From Octopus vulgaris (Eukaryota): DNA of 64,000 nt. The DNA lies in NCBI GenBank assembly GCA_951406725.2, contig OX597826.1, forward strand, positions 20,894,001 through 20,958,000, written 5' to 3'. Below, piece after piece: positions 13,603-28,935 of this stretch (positions are counted from its first letter, which is position 1; each line of letters begins with the position of its first letter). Position numbers and translations under genes: made by a program. The notes under the pieces are model-generated. The model saw nothing but the letters and a program-made list of their open reading frames with translations, was not told the DNA's origin and ran no database searches.

Positions 13603-14569
13603 CAGACATGTATGTATATATACGCCCACTCCCTATGAGCATTCAGTCATTAAATTAGTATTTGAAAGAATAGTTGATGTCTATCTATGTGCACACACAC
13701 ATACACACATGCATACAAATATATATATATATTATCTACACAGACAGACTTTTTATATCTGTGGTAACCAGTGTATAAAAATTGGTTAATAAAAGTTACA
13801 GAGGACATCGTATGAAATATGTCTTTCTCAACATGCAAATTTATGATAATATTGAAAATAAAACTAATGTTGATGATGATGATGCTGATGATGATCGTGA
13901 TGACAACGACAGTGATGCTTGCAATGATAACGATGCTGATAATAATGATAACGGTGATGATGATGATGATTAAAAAAAGAGGAGACCCATAAACCATATT
14001 GTTATTTCTTTCAGTTGACCAATTTAATTTTTAGACACTGAAAAAGTATTGTGCTTTCCCTATTGTTTGTTATGAACAAGTTATCATTACCAAACATTAT
14101 GCCATATCTCTTTGGGTTTTTTTTCTTTTTTCTTTCAAACATGAAAAACCAACAAATAAACAAAAATAAACAGAAAAAAAAAAAAAAAGAAAACAAGGCC
14201 ATAAACCAGACTACAACAGTATTGTGTTGACTCAGCGATATGCCAAACAACAATTTTAATTTTATAAAACTTTCCTATCGGAATCATTTATTTAAAAAAA
14301 AAAAAATATTAAAGAAAAAATGAAATCAAAGACAGAAAGACCGATTGATATCCCACCAATAAAATAATGGATTTTGTTTGTTTGCTTTTATTCTGTCAAC
14401 ACATTATTATTTTGAGCTATCATTTTGGTTTGGCCATACATTAGAGAACACTGTATTATATATCACAACATCTCTTAACAATATTATATACACCACGCTT
14501 ATCTTTCCTGCTAGATATTCGAGATATCATATCAAAAAAACAGATTACGATATTTCACTTTTATTTTCC

Positions 14570-14618
<49 letters not shown>

Positions 14619-15092
14619 AGTTGATTTTGTTATTTTTTTATGTCCTCATAGTTTTGTGTGGTGAAAGAGGTGAGTGGGTGGGTGGGTTGTAAAATACAAA
14701 GAGTCATAAAGAATGGAAATTAAAAAGGAATTTTTGTGGGGACAGAGGTGTGGTATGAGGGGAGAGGAATTCTGTTTCCCCCATTCCACACACACACACA
14801 AATGTTGACAAGCTCTGAGTTTAATTTTTTCCTTCCTATAGTTATCTGATATTGTAATCATGTTCAAGAGACGAAGTTAGAAATTTAATAATTTATAGAA
14901 GGTTGTAAATATATGCCTGTTGTGTTGTGTTATGTGTGTGTGTGTGTGTGCATATGTGTGTGTGATTTTCATGTAAATATGTATTTCTCTATGTGTATTT
15001 ATAGATATGTGTGTGTGTGCATGTGTGTGTGCTTCTGTGAGTTTCTATGTTTGCGTATAGCTCTTACTTTCTCTCTCTCTCTCTCTTCTTTC

Positions 15093-15125
<33 letters not shown>

Positions 15126-15130
<5 letters not shown>

Positions 15131-15987
15131 CGCCTAAATTACACAAAAATGAAAATAACACTGATATCTCATATTAACAGATATATTTACCAAAATCACA
15201 TAAAAATATCTTGAAATATTAAACAGTAAATTTATTCAATAAAATCGCCATTGACTCTAGATAACTCTGGAATTTCCTGCAACTCTTCTGGAGAGTTTTC
15301 TTGTTTAAGTTCTTCAATGTTGCCATAATCCTTGCCTTCAGTTCATCTTTGGTGTTACAAGGAATTTTGTTGGTCTCTTGCTCAAATGTGCCCCACACAT
15401 CATAATGAAGTGGGTTGCAGTGTGGGGAGTCAGGTGGCCAGATGTTAGAGGTGATGGGGTCACAGAAGTTGACTGACAGCCATGACTGGGTCCTCCTGCC
15501 TGCTGCCTGTGTGGCAATGGTGCAGAGTCCTGTTGCCCGACACAGGGTCTTCTAGCAGTTACCCTCTTGACCCAAGGCAGCACTACTCCTCCAGGCATTT
15601 GATGTGGGCATCCATATTGAGTCTGAGGCTGTGTGGGAAGTTGAATGGAGGCAAAATGTCACCATTATTAGTGATCACTCCAAATACCATGATGTTGGCT
15701 GGATGTTTGATTTTTATCACTCTCGGTACATGTCCTCAGATTGCATTATCCTCAGGTTGACACCTAAACATTCTCAAATGTTTGTATTGGAGATTCTGGC
15801 ATGAATGCCAAGCAGTACAGCATGCCGTTTCCAAACTTCTGGCACAGTGAATTGTGTCATGGTGCTGTTTTTCTCACAGATGGTGCCCAACTGACCCTAC
15901 TATACTCTATAGTCAACAAAATCAAAAACAAACAATTTGCATGTATGAAATTGAAAATACAAAATGGCGACAATTTACCCATCGCAG

Positions 15988-15990
<3 letters not shown>
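15126..15990 (-). mobile_element. Tc1/mariner-superfamily DNA transposon remnant (DD37D/maT-like), frameshifted and internally deleted
   Basis: Minus-strand peptides VVLPWVKRV...QQDSAP and NIWPPDSPHCNPLHYDVWGTFEQETNKIP (compare WPPNSPDCNPLDYxVWG). Residual terminal inverted motif ATTGTCGCC / GGCGACAAT. Flanked by (TA)n on both sides. Confidence 0.85.
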
Positions 15991-16075
<85 letters not shown>

Positions 16076-17986
16076 TACAGACACATATATGTAAATGCAT
16101 CACTTCATGTATAAGTGTGTGTTCATATGGGTATCAATCATGTGTTGCTATCGAAGTTTGATCAGAAGCTGTGGTGTCATCGATCAGCAAGACTGCAATC
16201 ACTGCTGGCATCCTCTCAGAACTGGTTTATTCCTGTTTCACCAATATTTCAAGATGCATCAGTTTGTTTTAAGAAAACTACAAAATTTTATCTACCAAAC
16301 TCGATAAGTATGTTCTTGTGTTCAAAACAACGCCAGTTGATCGAAGAACTGTCACCTGCCACAAATTAATGGCTTGCCTTTTCAGAGAGGGACAAAGGTG
16401 AAGCGTAAGGAAAATGCAATAAGAGTTGATAATAGTTGGTCAATGATGAATTTCTTATATTGTGACAACATTAATTCTTCCCTCCGTCCCCACCCCTAAC
16501 CCCCCCCCCATTACTATATCACATCAATTATCATTGGACTGATCACAAGATACACTTTTCTACCAAATTAAATTACTTTCCAGTGTGTTTCATAGGATAT
16601 TTACCAATGTTTTTCTTTGACACACACCTACAACACCCTCATCACTCACCCCAACACCACCACCACCACCGCTGCTATCAGCCCCCTCCCCTACACACAC
16701 ACATTGAAAATAATATTAAATGTTTCAGGTTAATAGATAGAATAGAAAATATCTTTGGAGATAGCAATAATTGTTGAATAAGGAAGTCCCTTTCAACAAA
16801 AGCCTGCAACAAAATCTTGCTGGCATTCTGTGACATCTTTACTGAATATTGGTAATTATTCTGAAAGCATTCAGAATCGAGAAACATTGTCTGCTCGGAA
16901 TTTAGCTGCTTGGAATTTATTCCTGTGACATTAACATAAGTAGTTTTCTTAGAAAAAATAAAGTTCTTTGTTGTTTTCTTGGGAGGGTCATCACACCATT
17001 ATCATGGGTGCAATGATCCGCTCAAGAAAACAACGAAATTTGTTTCACACATGAATTCATATCACAAATTTTGCAACCCAGATAAAAAAACAAAACAAAA
17101 CAAAATAAATCTCTTTAAAAACAGAAAAAAACAGCTGTTTTTGTGATAAACTCTATGTGTCATTATGGGTTTTCTATACATTGTCATTAAACACTTCACA
17201 CAATGTGATTTTCGACTGTTGACATCACATTATACACACAGTTCTCTTACTAAATGTCATTTACTAAAGATTCTTGTCGACCCAATTCAATCTGAGAGAA
17301 AATGTGTAAGAAACTTTGAAATGGATTAATGATTGATAAAGATAGAGATTATGTCAATAATGATTGATAGAAGATAGGATTTTGAGAATTTTTAAGAACA
17401 ATGATTCATAGAAATAAGGATTCTTAGGCAAATGATTGACAGAATGAATGGTAGAGATTTTGAAATAATTTCCGCAATTATTTAGCATCAAAAATCATAA
17501 AATCATTTTTTACTTTTAAAGACTTCTGTTCTTCTGTATTTAGATTCTGTACAGAATATTGCAGAATGGAAGAATTATCTTAGAATTCTTGTAACAAAAT
17601 TAGTTGTGTGTTACATGGCAGATGTATGGAAATAGACATAAGAATGGGGATAGGGGGGAAATTGTGTTAATGAGATGTGTAATTATCAGGTAAGGAGAGA
17701 AATTATCTCTTGATTTTGGGTTCTTGCATCTGGACATCTTGTGAAATCTAGGAGAGTATGCTTAAAATCAAAGAACTGTAAACTGAAAGACTTTAGCAGT
17801 GTAAATAAAATGGAGTATTTCCACATACGAATCTAAACTGGGTCACAGACTCTCTGAACCTACCGATTATTTCAATTAAGAATGGTTTTGGGTAGATGTG
17901 GCCAATGACTTATTGGGAAGTCACATCAGAACCAAGAGTGATTCTTTTATAGGAATGTATTATTGATATCAGATTTAAATACAAAT

Positions 17987-18043
<57 letters not shown>

Positions 18044-18166
18044 CTGAGACTGAATGAGCTAGGCTTCTCTACGAAGCCTACAAAACTCTAAGTCACATGG
18101 AGCCAAATCAGACTGGTTTAAATAATAACATATGATATATACATACATATATATATACATATATAT

Positions 18167-18243
<77 letters not shown>

Positions 18244-18308
18244 CATATATATATATGTATGTATGTATATATATATGTATATATATATGTATATATATAT
18301 ATATATGC

Positions 18309-18346
<38 letters not shown>

Positions 18347-18375
18347 TATGTATATATATATATATATATATTATG

Positions 18376-18406
<31 letters not shown>

Positions 18407-18408
18407 TA

Positions 18409-18443
<35 letters not shown>

Positions 18444-20461
18444 GCACATATAAATACATATATATATTTATCATATGTGTGTGTATTAGATGTAATTTAA
18501 ATATAATTAAACCTGTTAAAATACGAATCAGTAATTTGGGAATTAAATTGATCTATTTGAAATGATTCCATGCAGTTTAAAAGACACCAACCCAAAAGTC
18601 AAAACCTTTCATTGAAACAGAATATATTTTGGTCAGAATTCTATAGATTCTGTAATCTTATTACAAAGACCACAGCTTTTCAACATTTCAAAGCTTAGCA
18701 ATTGGTGTTCTATAAAAAAGAATTTCTATGAGAATAGCTGCCAGTTTGAAACCGTCATTCAAACTCTAATATTTTCGTTGAAGTTTATTTGACCGTATAG
18801 TTATTATTATTGCTTCATTTAATTACTTGCAGTGAGTCTTGTCACAGTTCTGTTTCCAGTCCATTATTTGAAAGATATTCATTCTAAATACACTTGTCCT
18901 TCATTGTCCATTTCTTCCACCCCCAACACCCCCTTCGCTCATGTTTTCTATTCGACTTTGAGTTATTGCAATTCTATTTTCATATTTTTGTTTCCGAATG
19001 GCCTACAGGTCACCAGAAATATGCCCCCTCTTGAACTTACTGATTAATTTTTACAGTTCAAGCATCAACTTATTTTTGTAAATCTCTTTTACTTCGCTGA
19101 TTCTCAAATTACTTTCCAATTCAGAAGAGTCTTTCTTTTATATTCTTCGTTCTTTTCTTCATTTCAATTCTTTTCTCTGAGTCCCAGACCAATATGTTTG
19201 AAAAGTAGGAATCCCATTGTTGTGGTTGTTGATGGCTAGCTTCAGCTCCGATTATTGGATATGATGCCATAACTATTAGATTTAATCTGTGAATGCAATT
19301 CTATTATGTCTAGCAATTGAGATAGTCGACTTGACAATGCTGCTGCTACCTCTATTACCACCACCACCACCACCACCACCACTACTACTATTGCTGCTAC
19401 TGCTACTGCTACTATTTTATTTCTCCATTTCTCATCTCTGTATCTACCCACCCTACACACCACCACATTCATTGATTTATTTTAATAATTTTATTCTCTT
19501 CAGTTAACGAGATTTCAGAACGATGTCTTCATTCTCCATTCCTCGACTCTTCATTTCTTCTTCATATAATTATTGTCATGCTATTTTAGAGATATTTATT
19601 ATCTAATTATTTACATAGATTAAATGGTAATCTTTGTTAGCAGCGCCATTCTTGATAATACAAGAAGGGCAACAACTATACACAGAAAAACCAAAACTCT
19701 AAGAAGATGATGCTAACAAATAGTAACAATAATTATTCTTAATCTATTTCATTTATTTTCTAATCTGAATTAATTTATTTTTAAAATTTAATTTCACTAT
19801 CAAAATCCATGTTTTAAAGAATTTTCTTAAATTTACTAAATTAAGTATTTTCATCAAAATTTCTTAATCAACAAATTAACACTTGGAAAAGCAATAATCT
19901 GCAAGCTTTGGAATCTTTTAGTTTTGAAATTTCATTTTAATGTTCATATTGTATGTGTTCCAAGATTTCACAAATTAAAAAAAGATTTATCTTGTACTGC
20001 TTCAATTTAAACAGTGATGTTAGCTTTAAATAAATAAATTACAATAGAGACCAGCAAATAGAAGGAAGAAGCAGTAACTGGATCTGGGAATATAAATCAT
20101 AATTCTGTAGCAGAATAATTCTAAAGTGAATTACTATCGAGAAGAACCATCCATCTCATTTGCTGAACGAGTCATACCTTACTTTACTACTATTCCCTGT
20201 TTCTGTTATTTTCATGTTCCATTCCATTTTTGGCCATGAAGAACTTGAAGACAATCTCAGTCTTGTAGGCAACATAAATGGGCAGTTATAGAAAGTTTTA
20301 AAAGTTTAAATAAATCATCCTCTTTTCTATCATTTCTCAAATGCTTATTATTGTCATGTCTGACTTTTCATGCTTGCATGTAGTGAAAGAGACTTTCTCA
20401 ACATTTGGGCTTTGCAATTAAATGCTCCTTCCTGTACCAATAATTTAACTAAACCTATGGG

Positions 20462-20503
<42 letters not shown>

Positions 20504-20994
20504 GGGTTTGTATGATTGTGTATAGAAGAATATATTACTCAAAGGAATTCCAACTCTGTTTTCCACATTTTATTTTATAATCTTCTCATATTAATATAGG
20601 ATATAAAATAATATAGTAAAAAGAAATGAAATGAAACATTAAATGTCTATTCTTATTGAACGTGTATCCTTCCTTGCATTTATGCAATCTTCAGGTTCAT
20701 ATGGTGCTGGCAACAGTTGTGTACATTGGTTTTAACTGTGGTTCACTGATTAAATTTTGTCCTTTACATACATTCCTGTGGATAGAAGTAGTAGTTGCTT
20801 TTTAGAAATGATGCCACACCATTTTTCAGTGTTTATTTTTAGAAATGATGACAGCAATACTTTTAAGAGGTTTTTATTTTTGAAATATGGGGATAAGACT
20901 TTTAAACCTTAAATAAGATAATTTTTTATCATTGTTTATTGAATTTTTTAATAAAGTCCTTTTGTCCCAGTTTTCTCTTGATTTCATTCGGATT

Positions 20995-21210
20995 GTATGT
21001 ATGTATGTATGTATGTATGTATGATGGATGGATGGATCGATGGATCGATGTATGGATGTATGTATACATGTATGTGTGTGTATGTATGTATGTATGTATG
21101 TATGTATGTATGTATGGATGGATGGATGCATTATGTATGTATGCATGTATGTTTGTATGTATGTATGTATGTATGCTTGCATTATGTATGTATGTATGTA
21201 TGTGCGCATA
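20995..21210. repeat. (TATG)n/(GATG)n microsatellite
   Basis: Directly visible. Confidence 0.9.
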
Positions 21211-21433
21211 TATAGAGTTTGAAGTAGTGTACAGATATCGTATATTGAGAAAAAGGAGGCAGTCAGAATTTTGGATAGTTCTTCATCAGTGATTTCGTTC
21301 GTTTTTTTTTTTTTGAACTTGTCAAAACAAAATCAAAATCAAAATAATTTTGGTTTTAATTTTTGTCTTGGAGAGCTTGGTTAAATGAACAATGTATGTA
21401 TGTATACATATGTATGTATGCATGTAAGTATGC

Positions 21434-21605
21434 ATCATCATCATAATCATCATCATTGAATGTTCATTTTCCATGCTGGTAAGATTTGGACAGTATGCTA
21501 GCAGCTGCCACGTCAGACAACTGCACCAAGCTATGTCCACTTTGGCATGATTCCTGTGGCTGAATGCCCTTCTTAGTGCCAACCACTTTACTGTGTGTGG
21601 CACTA
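21434..21605 (-). mobile_element. SINE family A, decayed
   Basis: (CAT)n...TTTTCCATGCTGG...ATGCCCTTCTTAGTGCCAACCACT. Confidence 0.65.
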
Positions 21606-21699
21606 ACAACGAGTTTATCAAGTTGTATGTATGTATGTATGTATGTATGTATGTATGTATGTATGTATGTATGTATGTATGTATGTATGTATGTATGTA

Positions 21700-21734
<35 letters not shown>

Positions 21735-22613
21735 ATGTATGTGTGTGTCTGCATGGCTAAAACATGTTTACTGTGTTTATGTCCCCCGTGTTAATGGCTA
21801 AGTCATGTGCACTCTATAATTGAATACTCATCACCACTACCACCAACACTACTACTATTACTACTATTACTAATACCACCACTGTCGACACCTCGCCGTC
21901 ACCCTACTCTTAACAACATTACCACCACTACCACTACTACCACCATTTGTCAGTATATGCCACCACAAATTAACACCACCATCAGCACTAACAACAATAA
22001 CAACAACAACCCTTCCATAACTACTTCTACTAACTCTGCCACATTACTACCACCACCAGCACCACCACCATCGCCATCACCCTCAGTCTTCTATATTCAG
22101 AAGAACATTATTCTAAAAGTCTAAATCGGTTGGTGCTGTATGTTGTGCTGTTGTCTATTCATGAATCATTGCCATGCACCGTTACATCGCAAGAAGATTT
22201 CCTCCAGAGCCAGCTTCTCTGCAATAAATTGCAAAGCATATGTCATAACAAAAGATCTCGTTTGCAAACCAGATCCTAACAACTACAACAACATAGGTCA
22301 GCGAATTTAGAAAATGAAGATCTTTTAAAATATCGTCTTTGTTTTATTTCAAACTCCATCTCCCTAACTTTAATTTTCGCTGAATGATAGCAATTAGAGG
22401 CATTTCTTGATCTTCTCTTGTTCAAGCCCGAATCTAATGCAATTACAACATGTTCTTTTACTGGTTTTGTTTATATTACATGCCCCCCCACCACTCCACT
22501 CCACTCTCCCACTCACTAACCCTCACCTACACATGTACATACATACATACTTACATACATACATATATGTATATGTATATATGTATATGTATATATGTGT
22601 ATGTATGTGTGTG

Positions 22614-22659
<46 letters not shown>

Positions 22660-22706
22660 AATGCTTACACATGCCCTTTCATGCATGCATACTTTCATGC
22701 ATACAA

Positions 22707-22778
<72 letters not shown>

Positions 22779-24085
22779 GTATGTATATATATGTATATGT
22801 ATATATATATGTATGTATATATATATATATATATATATACATACATACATATATATTTATATATATACATATATATATGCATATGTGTATCTGTGTGTGT
22901 GTGTGTATGTGCATATATATAACATACCAATACATATTTATATACATACATACTTACACCCATACATGATATATATATCTACATATACACACCAATACAC
23001 ACACACACAATCACACACATGCAAGTATGAAAACATATATACACCAAAATATATACATACACACTGCTATCACCACTATATCCATATATACATACAACAC
23101 CCCACCTACATGCACATATGCATACACAACCCTAAATACATACACTCACTATCTATCTACTATACACACACATACATCACTACATATACACATACACACA
23201 ACTACATACACACATTCACATTATCTCCAATTTCTATGATTTCTTTTGTTTTTGTGTCTTTGTGTTCTTTGGTTGTTGTTATTTTTGTTTGTTTTGTTTG
23301 CCATTTTAAAATTAATGTCAGTGAACATTTCATTTCTTGTTTTATTTTTTTTTTTCATAATGGACAAACACTGAGATAAAAATTTTAACTAATCAACACT
23401 GAAAGTTGACTCATTAAACATAGAAATACCAATTAACTCTAAAGCAGTCCCAATTACAATTTTTATTGCCTAACAATCAGTGAAAAAGATGCCATTTAAA
23501 CAAAAATTACAGCAGACTGTATTGGAGTAAAGTTCAAATTTTAAATAGCATCTGCACTTTGATAAAAATATCAAACCTTTTCATTTGGCCAAGCTTTTCT
23601 TTGGCTTTCATTCTTCCTTCAATAAATTCAATAAAAAACTATCAAATGTTACACAAGTCGCTAGTGCCATTTTATCTCGCATCAAATACTTTGAATGTAA
23701 AAATAAAACAAAATAAAAACATAAAATGTAATAAAAATACAAATAGAAAAAAAATAGAAAAAGTAAATCTTTTAAAAACAAAAAAATTGTAATATATATC
23801 TTTGATATATATATATATTTTTATGTTTGCTGTTTACTGCTGTTGTTTTGTTCCATTGTTTTTAACTTTGCATCTTTTATTTCACTTTTTATATTTGTTG
23901 CTTATTTTTATTTATTCATTTATTTCTGTTTTTGTTATGACTTCTTTATCATTAATTTATCTTTCATAGTTAAAAATTTATTCAGTAAACATGCAATTTT
24001 AATCAATCTTCTTCAAGTTACATATAATAATAAACAACACAACATATACACACAACACACACATATATATACATACATACATACA

Positions 24086-24138
<53 letters not shown>

Positions 24139-24189
24139 GTATGAATGCATACATACATATGTACCTACATACATTCATAAATATATGTG

Positions 24190-24312
<123 letters not shown>

Positions 24313-24875
24313 TTGTATACATATGATATATAAAACATACATAACATAATATTAAACACAGTTTATCGAATATTTTTCTATTCTGAAAGGCAAAAATCAA
24401 TCAATACGCTGAAACAAAAGGAAACCATTCTATAATTTCACCAGCAAACAATGTGAATGAAGTTCAATAAGAAACACAGACAATAAGATAAGAGGTTATC
24501 TGCAAAAACCTTATTGATATACTTGTAAAGAATGCTTTACGAATTCATGAAAAGCCATTTTAGAGATATGAATGCCAGAAATTAAGAGCAATTAGACATC
24601 TCTAGAGTAATATATACACATACATACACGTGCGCGCACATGCACACACAAACACACATACATACACACACACACACACACACATACACATATACACAGA
24701 GTAATTATTATTAACATTTATAATTGATTAGAAACATGAAATTAATTAACTTTTTTTTGTCTCACAAAGCAAACATATTAATGTAAATTCATATGTATAT
24801 AATATTAATATAGTATTTGGGTGTGTATATACACATATATGCATGCATACAAGTATGTATGAATACATCTGTATT

Positions 24876-25230
24876 GGCACAAGCATGGCTGAATGGTTAA
24901 GAAGTACACTTCATAAGTCCATGGTTCTAAGTTCAATCTCACTGCACATTACACTGGGCAAATGTTTTCGGATATGGGTAGATCAATGCCTTGAGAGTGA
25001 ATTTGTTAGGTGGAAACTATAAGGAAGCATGTAATATATACATATGTGTGTGTGTGCGTGTGTATGCATATCACTGTGTTCATCCCCACTACTTGATGTA
25101 ACTTCATGGTTTGACAAAAGAGATTAATGAAATAAGTACCTAACTTTTGAGGGTCAATTTGTTTGACTAAACTCTTCAAGACTGCCCCAGTATGGCCACA
25201 GTGCCAATAACTAAAACGAATAAGAGGATA
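24876..25230 (+). mobile_element. tRNA-derived SINE, family C, near full length with internal (TG)n
   Basis: Head GGCTGAATGGTTAAGAAG...GTTCAATCTC and 3' half AATAAGTACC...CAGTATGGCCACAG...AAACGAATAAGAG match 38070-38744. Confidence 0.7.
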
Positions 25231-25237
25231 TACATAC

Positions 25238-25345
<108 letters not shown>

Positions 25346-26237
25346 CTCTGTGTGTGTGTGTATGTATCTATGTACACATGGATAATCAATTCAATGCACA
25401 GGAAATTCTGGGGAAAAGCATTGATTAGACAAAGTCCTCCAATGGCGTAGTGGAATATAACAAGCTTGACCAACTGGAAATCTATCATTGCAAACTTGTA
25501 TGCGGGCAGCTTGGAATATTGGTCCCCTTTGTCCAAACTATGGTGATAGAGTGATTCAGCAACAGCCCCAGTGACTGAGCAGCCCTTTCCAGGGATAGAA
25601 CTGCTCATTCATTTATTAGAAAGGACTCAGAGAAGGTAGTTGAAGCAAAGCTTGCCTAATTCCAGAATTGGTAGGTGGAAACTGAAAGAAGTCCATTGTG
25701 TGCATATGTGTGCATGTGTGTATGTCAGTGGATGTGTGTGTGTGTATGCATGTGTGTATGTGGGTGTGTATTGTAACATATGTTTCATTGTGATGTGCAC
25801 AGCTCACTGCCATGGACACACTACATTGGCAATGGTACCCTATGAACTGTGAATCCCTTTTGTAGAATTTGAACATTCTGTTTAATATTCTGGCTTCAGT
25901 CCTTTTGTGTTTATTTCTCAAATTCTCTCATCAAAATTGCAATGGCAGAAATAATGATATTTCCTCCAGCTCAATGTTGTTTGTTGATAAATTGCCAAAC
26001 CTCTCTTTATACTCCTTCGCAATAACCTGTTTTTCAATGAAAGAAGTGGTTATGAGTTTGATAATTGATGCCTATTGAAGCATATCTCTTCATAAATACA
26101 CATAATGATTGACTGCAATAAAACTTGCTTATTAAACAAAAAATTCCTACCAAACAAATTAATATTCCAAATGTCCATTGTGTTTGAGATATTAGTTGAG
26201 TGTAAATCTTCAAAAATTTCTGTTTAATTTGTTGTAG

Positions 26238-26447
26238 AGGACAGTGCTGATACTAATGATTCCTTACCAAATGGTGATACAACAGATAAAATCCCAACAT
26301 CGAGTCAAAGTTTTGCCTCACAACTCCTCAATGGAGATACTCCGAGTATATCCTCAATAGAAACCCTTTTACTCAATATTCAAGGACTCCTGAAAGTGGC
26401 TGCAGAGAATGCTAGACACCATGAACGGCAAATCAACTTTGAAAAAG
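26238..26447 (+). CDS. dac: dachshund homologue exon encoding the N-terminal part of the DD2/Dachbox-C coiled coil
   Basis: Acceptor tttgttgtAG and donor GTTAGT. Translation (E)DSADTNDSLPNGDTTDKIPTSSQSFASQLLNGDTPSISSIETLLLNIQGLLKVAAENARHHERQINFEK matches the DACH/Dac DD2 signature SSIETLLxNIQGLLKVA(I/A)DNAR...EK. Confidence 0.95.
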
Positions 26448-27517
26448 GTTAGTCATTCCAGAAATTATTCAAACAATTATAAATTTCAATCAGAAATACT
26501 TTTTATCATTTTCTATTTTGCAGTCTTGAATAATTGATGTTAATGCATGTCTAAAGCTGTCTTGCAGCAAAAAAATTTCTTCATCCAAACCAATTTTTTA
26601 GCTTCCCAGTTTATATCAATCTTTTCTTTCCAGGAATTTTGTTGTTGTTGTTGTTGTTGTTGTTGTAGACACAAAATGCAGCAAACATTGAGGTTTTGTT
26701 TTAGTTTCCAAGGAAATCCAGATATATTTACAGGATCAATAACTAACAATCAACCTTCACAGGCTCAATAGCTCTCCACTAATTGTAAAATTAACTATAA
26801 TATCCTTCACTTCAACTAATTACCTCTCCCACTTCACCTATATTCATCATTCCATTGCATTATTAACATGGAACCATCTTTTCAATTTCGTGAGTCTATG
26901 AATCATCAAAATGAGAACAGAGAGTTCAAAGTGAGCAAATGTCATTTCAACAAAACTTAAACTGTTTACTGTCTAAAAAGAGGTTTTTCTCTTTCTTTTC
27001 TTTTTCTTTTTGTTGAAGTTTACTTTCAACAAACCTATAATTATTTCAAAAAATAGATTTATTTACATTTGATTCCATAGAGGAATATTTCTAAGACACA
27101 ATATTAATCAAAGAACAATGTGGTGAAGAATCCTAATGGTTTGACAAGTTTTCATTCATTGAGATTGAGGGCCATTACAGTCCCAAACCCCACAATAAAA
27201 TGGTAGGCATTACAGTATTTTTTACTACATTGATTGGTTGATGAAAACTTATAGTTAACCAAATTTAAATTGTTGATATTACAAATAATATTATGGTGTT
27301 TTCATGTTAAATTTTTTATTAAATAAATATTTTTCATGTTAATCTCACTTTGAAGGAGCAAGGTCTTGTTTTGAAGTGAAATCGTCTCACTTAGAATTCT
27401 AAATGTAGCAGCAGTTCTGATCTGTTACTCAATTCTCTCAAGATCTTCCATCAACGTTTGCCAAATATTCTGAAGAACTAATTTTTATTACCCAGCTTCT
27501 TGTACAATGGCTCCAAA

Positions 27518-28136
27518 AAAGTGTTACAAACTACGGTGTGCCACAGACCATGGTGTGCCACATAGCAATAGTGTGCCACATAACAATAGTGTGCCACAGA
27601 ACAACTAGAATACTATGAAGTGTAGCTACAAACACTGCCAAAATTATTAAATGTTTTTAAAATGAGAAAATTACAAACTGGCATTTTTAAAATAACAGTC
27701 CTGATAATTCTGCATCATTTATTGACTAACGATGTAATTACTTAATTAATTTTTGTGTGGGGTTAAAACCTTTCCATGACTGTATATCTAATGAAACATG
27801 CTGCCTATATGTTTCAATTAATTTTGAAAATAATTAATAATTAGGGGGATTTTGTTAAATAACAAACTTTTTCTTTATTAAACTGGAGCTGAAAACATAA
27901 AATGGTTTTTATATAAAATTAAAATGCAAGATTCTAATTTAGATATGAGCATTTTGAAATGACTAGCTTTGTATTAAGGGCCATCTTAATGTCAAAAAAT
28001 GTATTAAATTACTTATTACTTATATGATGATTAAGATGGTAATTTTTAATATATTTTTTTATGCACAAATTATGTCAAAATATTTATATTTGCTCTAAAG
28101 TGTTCTGCAAGCAGAAAAAAGGTTAGGAACTACTGC
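27518..28136. mobile_element. possible decayed hAT-type MITE with four tandem GTGTGCCAC units (16-19 bp apart)
   Basis: GTGTGCCAC occurs four times at about 27536-27598. The right end AAAAAGGTTAGGAACTACTG resembles hAT/Charlie termini. Confidence 0.35.
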
Positions 28137-28809
28137 AGTCATTCTCTGAGATGACCCCATTTGAGAGAATCTTCACAACTCCTCTCCAATCTCTTGAGTC
28201 TGCATTATCACACTAAGATCTCTCATACATCACATTCTGAATCTCAAGTGATTACATCGTGATAAAAGAGTTTGTGACATTTTTTTACCTGGTGGCTGGG
28301 GTCTCCAAAAGACAAATGATGATCCCTAAAGCAGTGCCCAGCAAATTGTATTTTACATTGTCTCACTATTTGAGAGAGGAATACACGCACACACACACAC
28401 ATATGTATATATATTAACCAATATATACAATATTATAGATCCATTTCAGCCAACTTTACTAATCAGTTTTGCACTTGGTATTAGGTAACTCGACATTAGA
28501 TAAAAGTGAGGTTAAGTAATACCACATGCTCTTCAGAGATGGCAGCTGTGAAAAAACATACAAAGAATATTTACTGTCTCTGGCACATGTGGGGAACTCA
28601 CCCAATACACACTTCTTTGGCTCAATTTAGTATTATTCTTGAATTCTGAAGATGAGCATGGCACAGATTAGTGATTAAAGTAATAGAAATGTTTGGATTT
28701 TATTCCTGGGATATCCTATCAAACCATTTCGGCACCGTCTCAGTGAAAGATTTCTTTGATAGGAATTTAAGAAAAGGTTTAGGTCTCAATACTTCAATAA
28801 CAATTGTAC

Positions 28810-28935
28810 CGTTTAAGCTTAGGTTAGCTCTGATCAAGCAAACCTATGATCAAAGTATTCCAACCATGACCAACCTTGATGGTTTCTACAATAGTGGGGT
28901 GTGATGTGAGGGAGATTCGGCTGTTATCTCTAGAA
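28810..28935 (-). mobile_element. SINE family F fragment
   Basis: Reverse-complement similarity to 63285-63470. Confidence 0.5.

Noticed and set aside
22450-23379. 309-aa ORF and the many other YIYI/VCVC/HTHT/RERE ORFs in the track
   Set aside because: They are translations of stop-free microsatellites, with no domain or splice support.
27536-27598. CRISPR-like repeat-spacer pattern of GTGTGCCAC units
   Set aside because: Eukaryotic context, 9-bp repeats with short mutually similar spacers, and no cas genes; it is a minisatellite.
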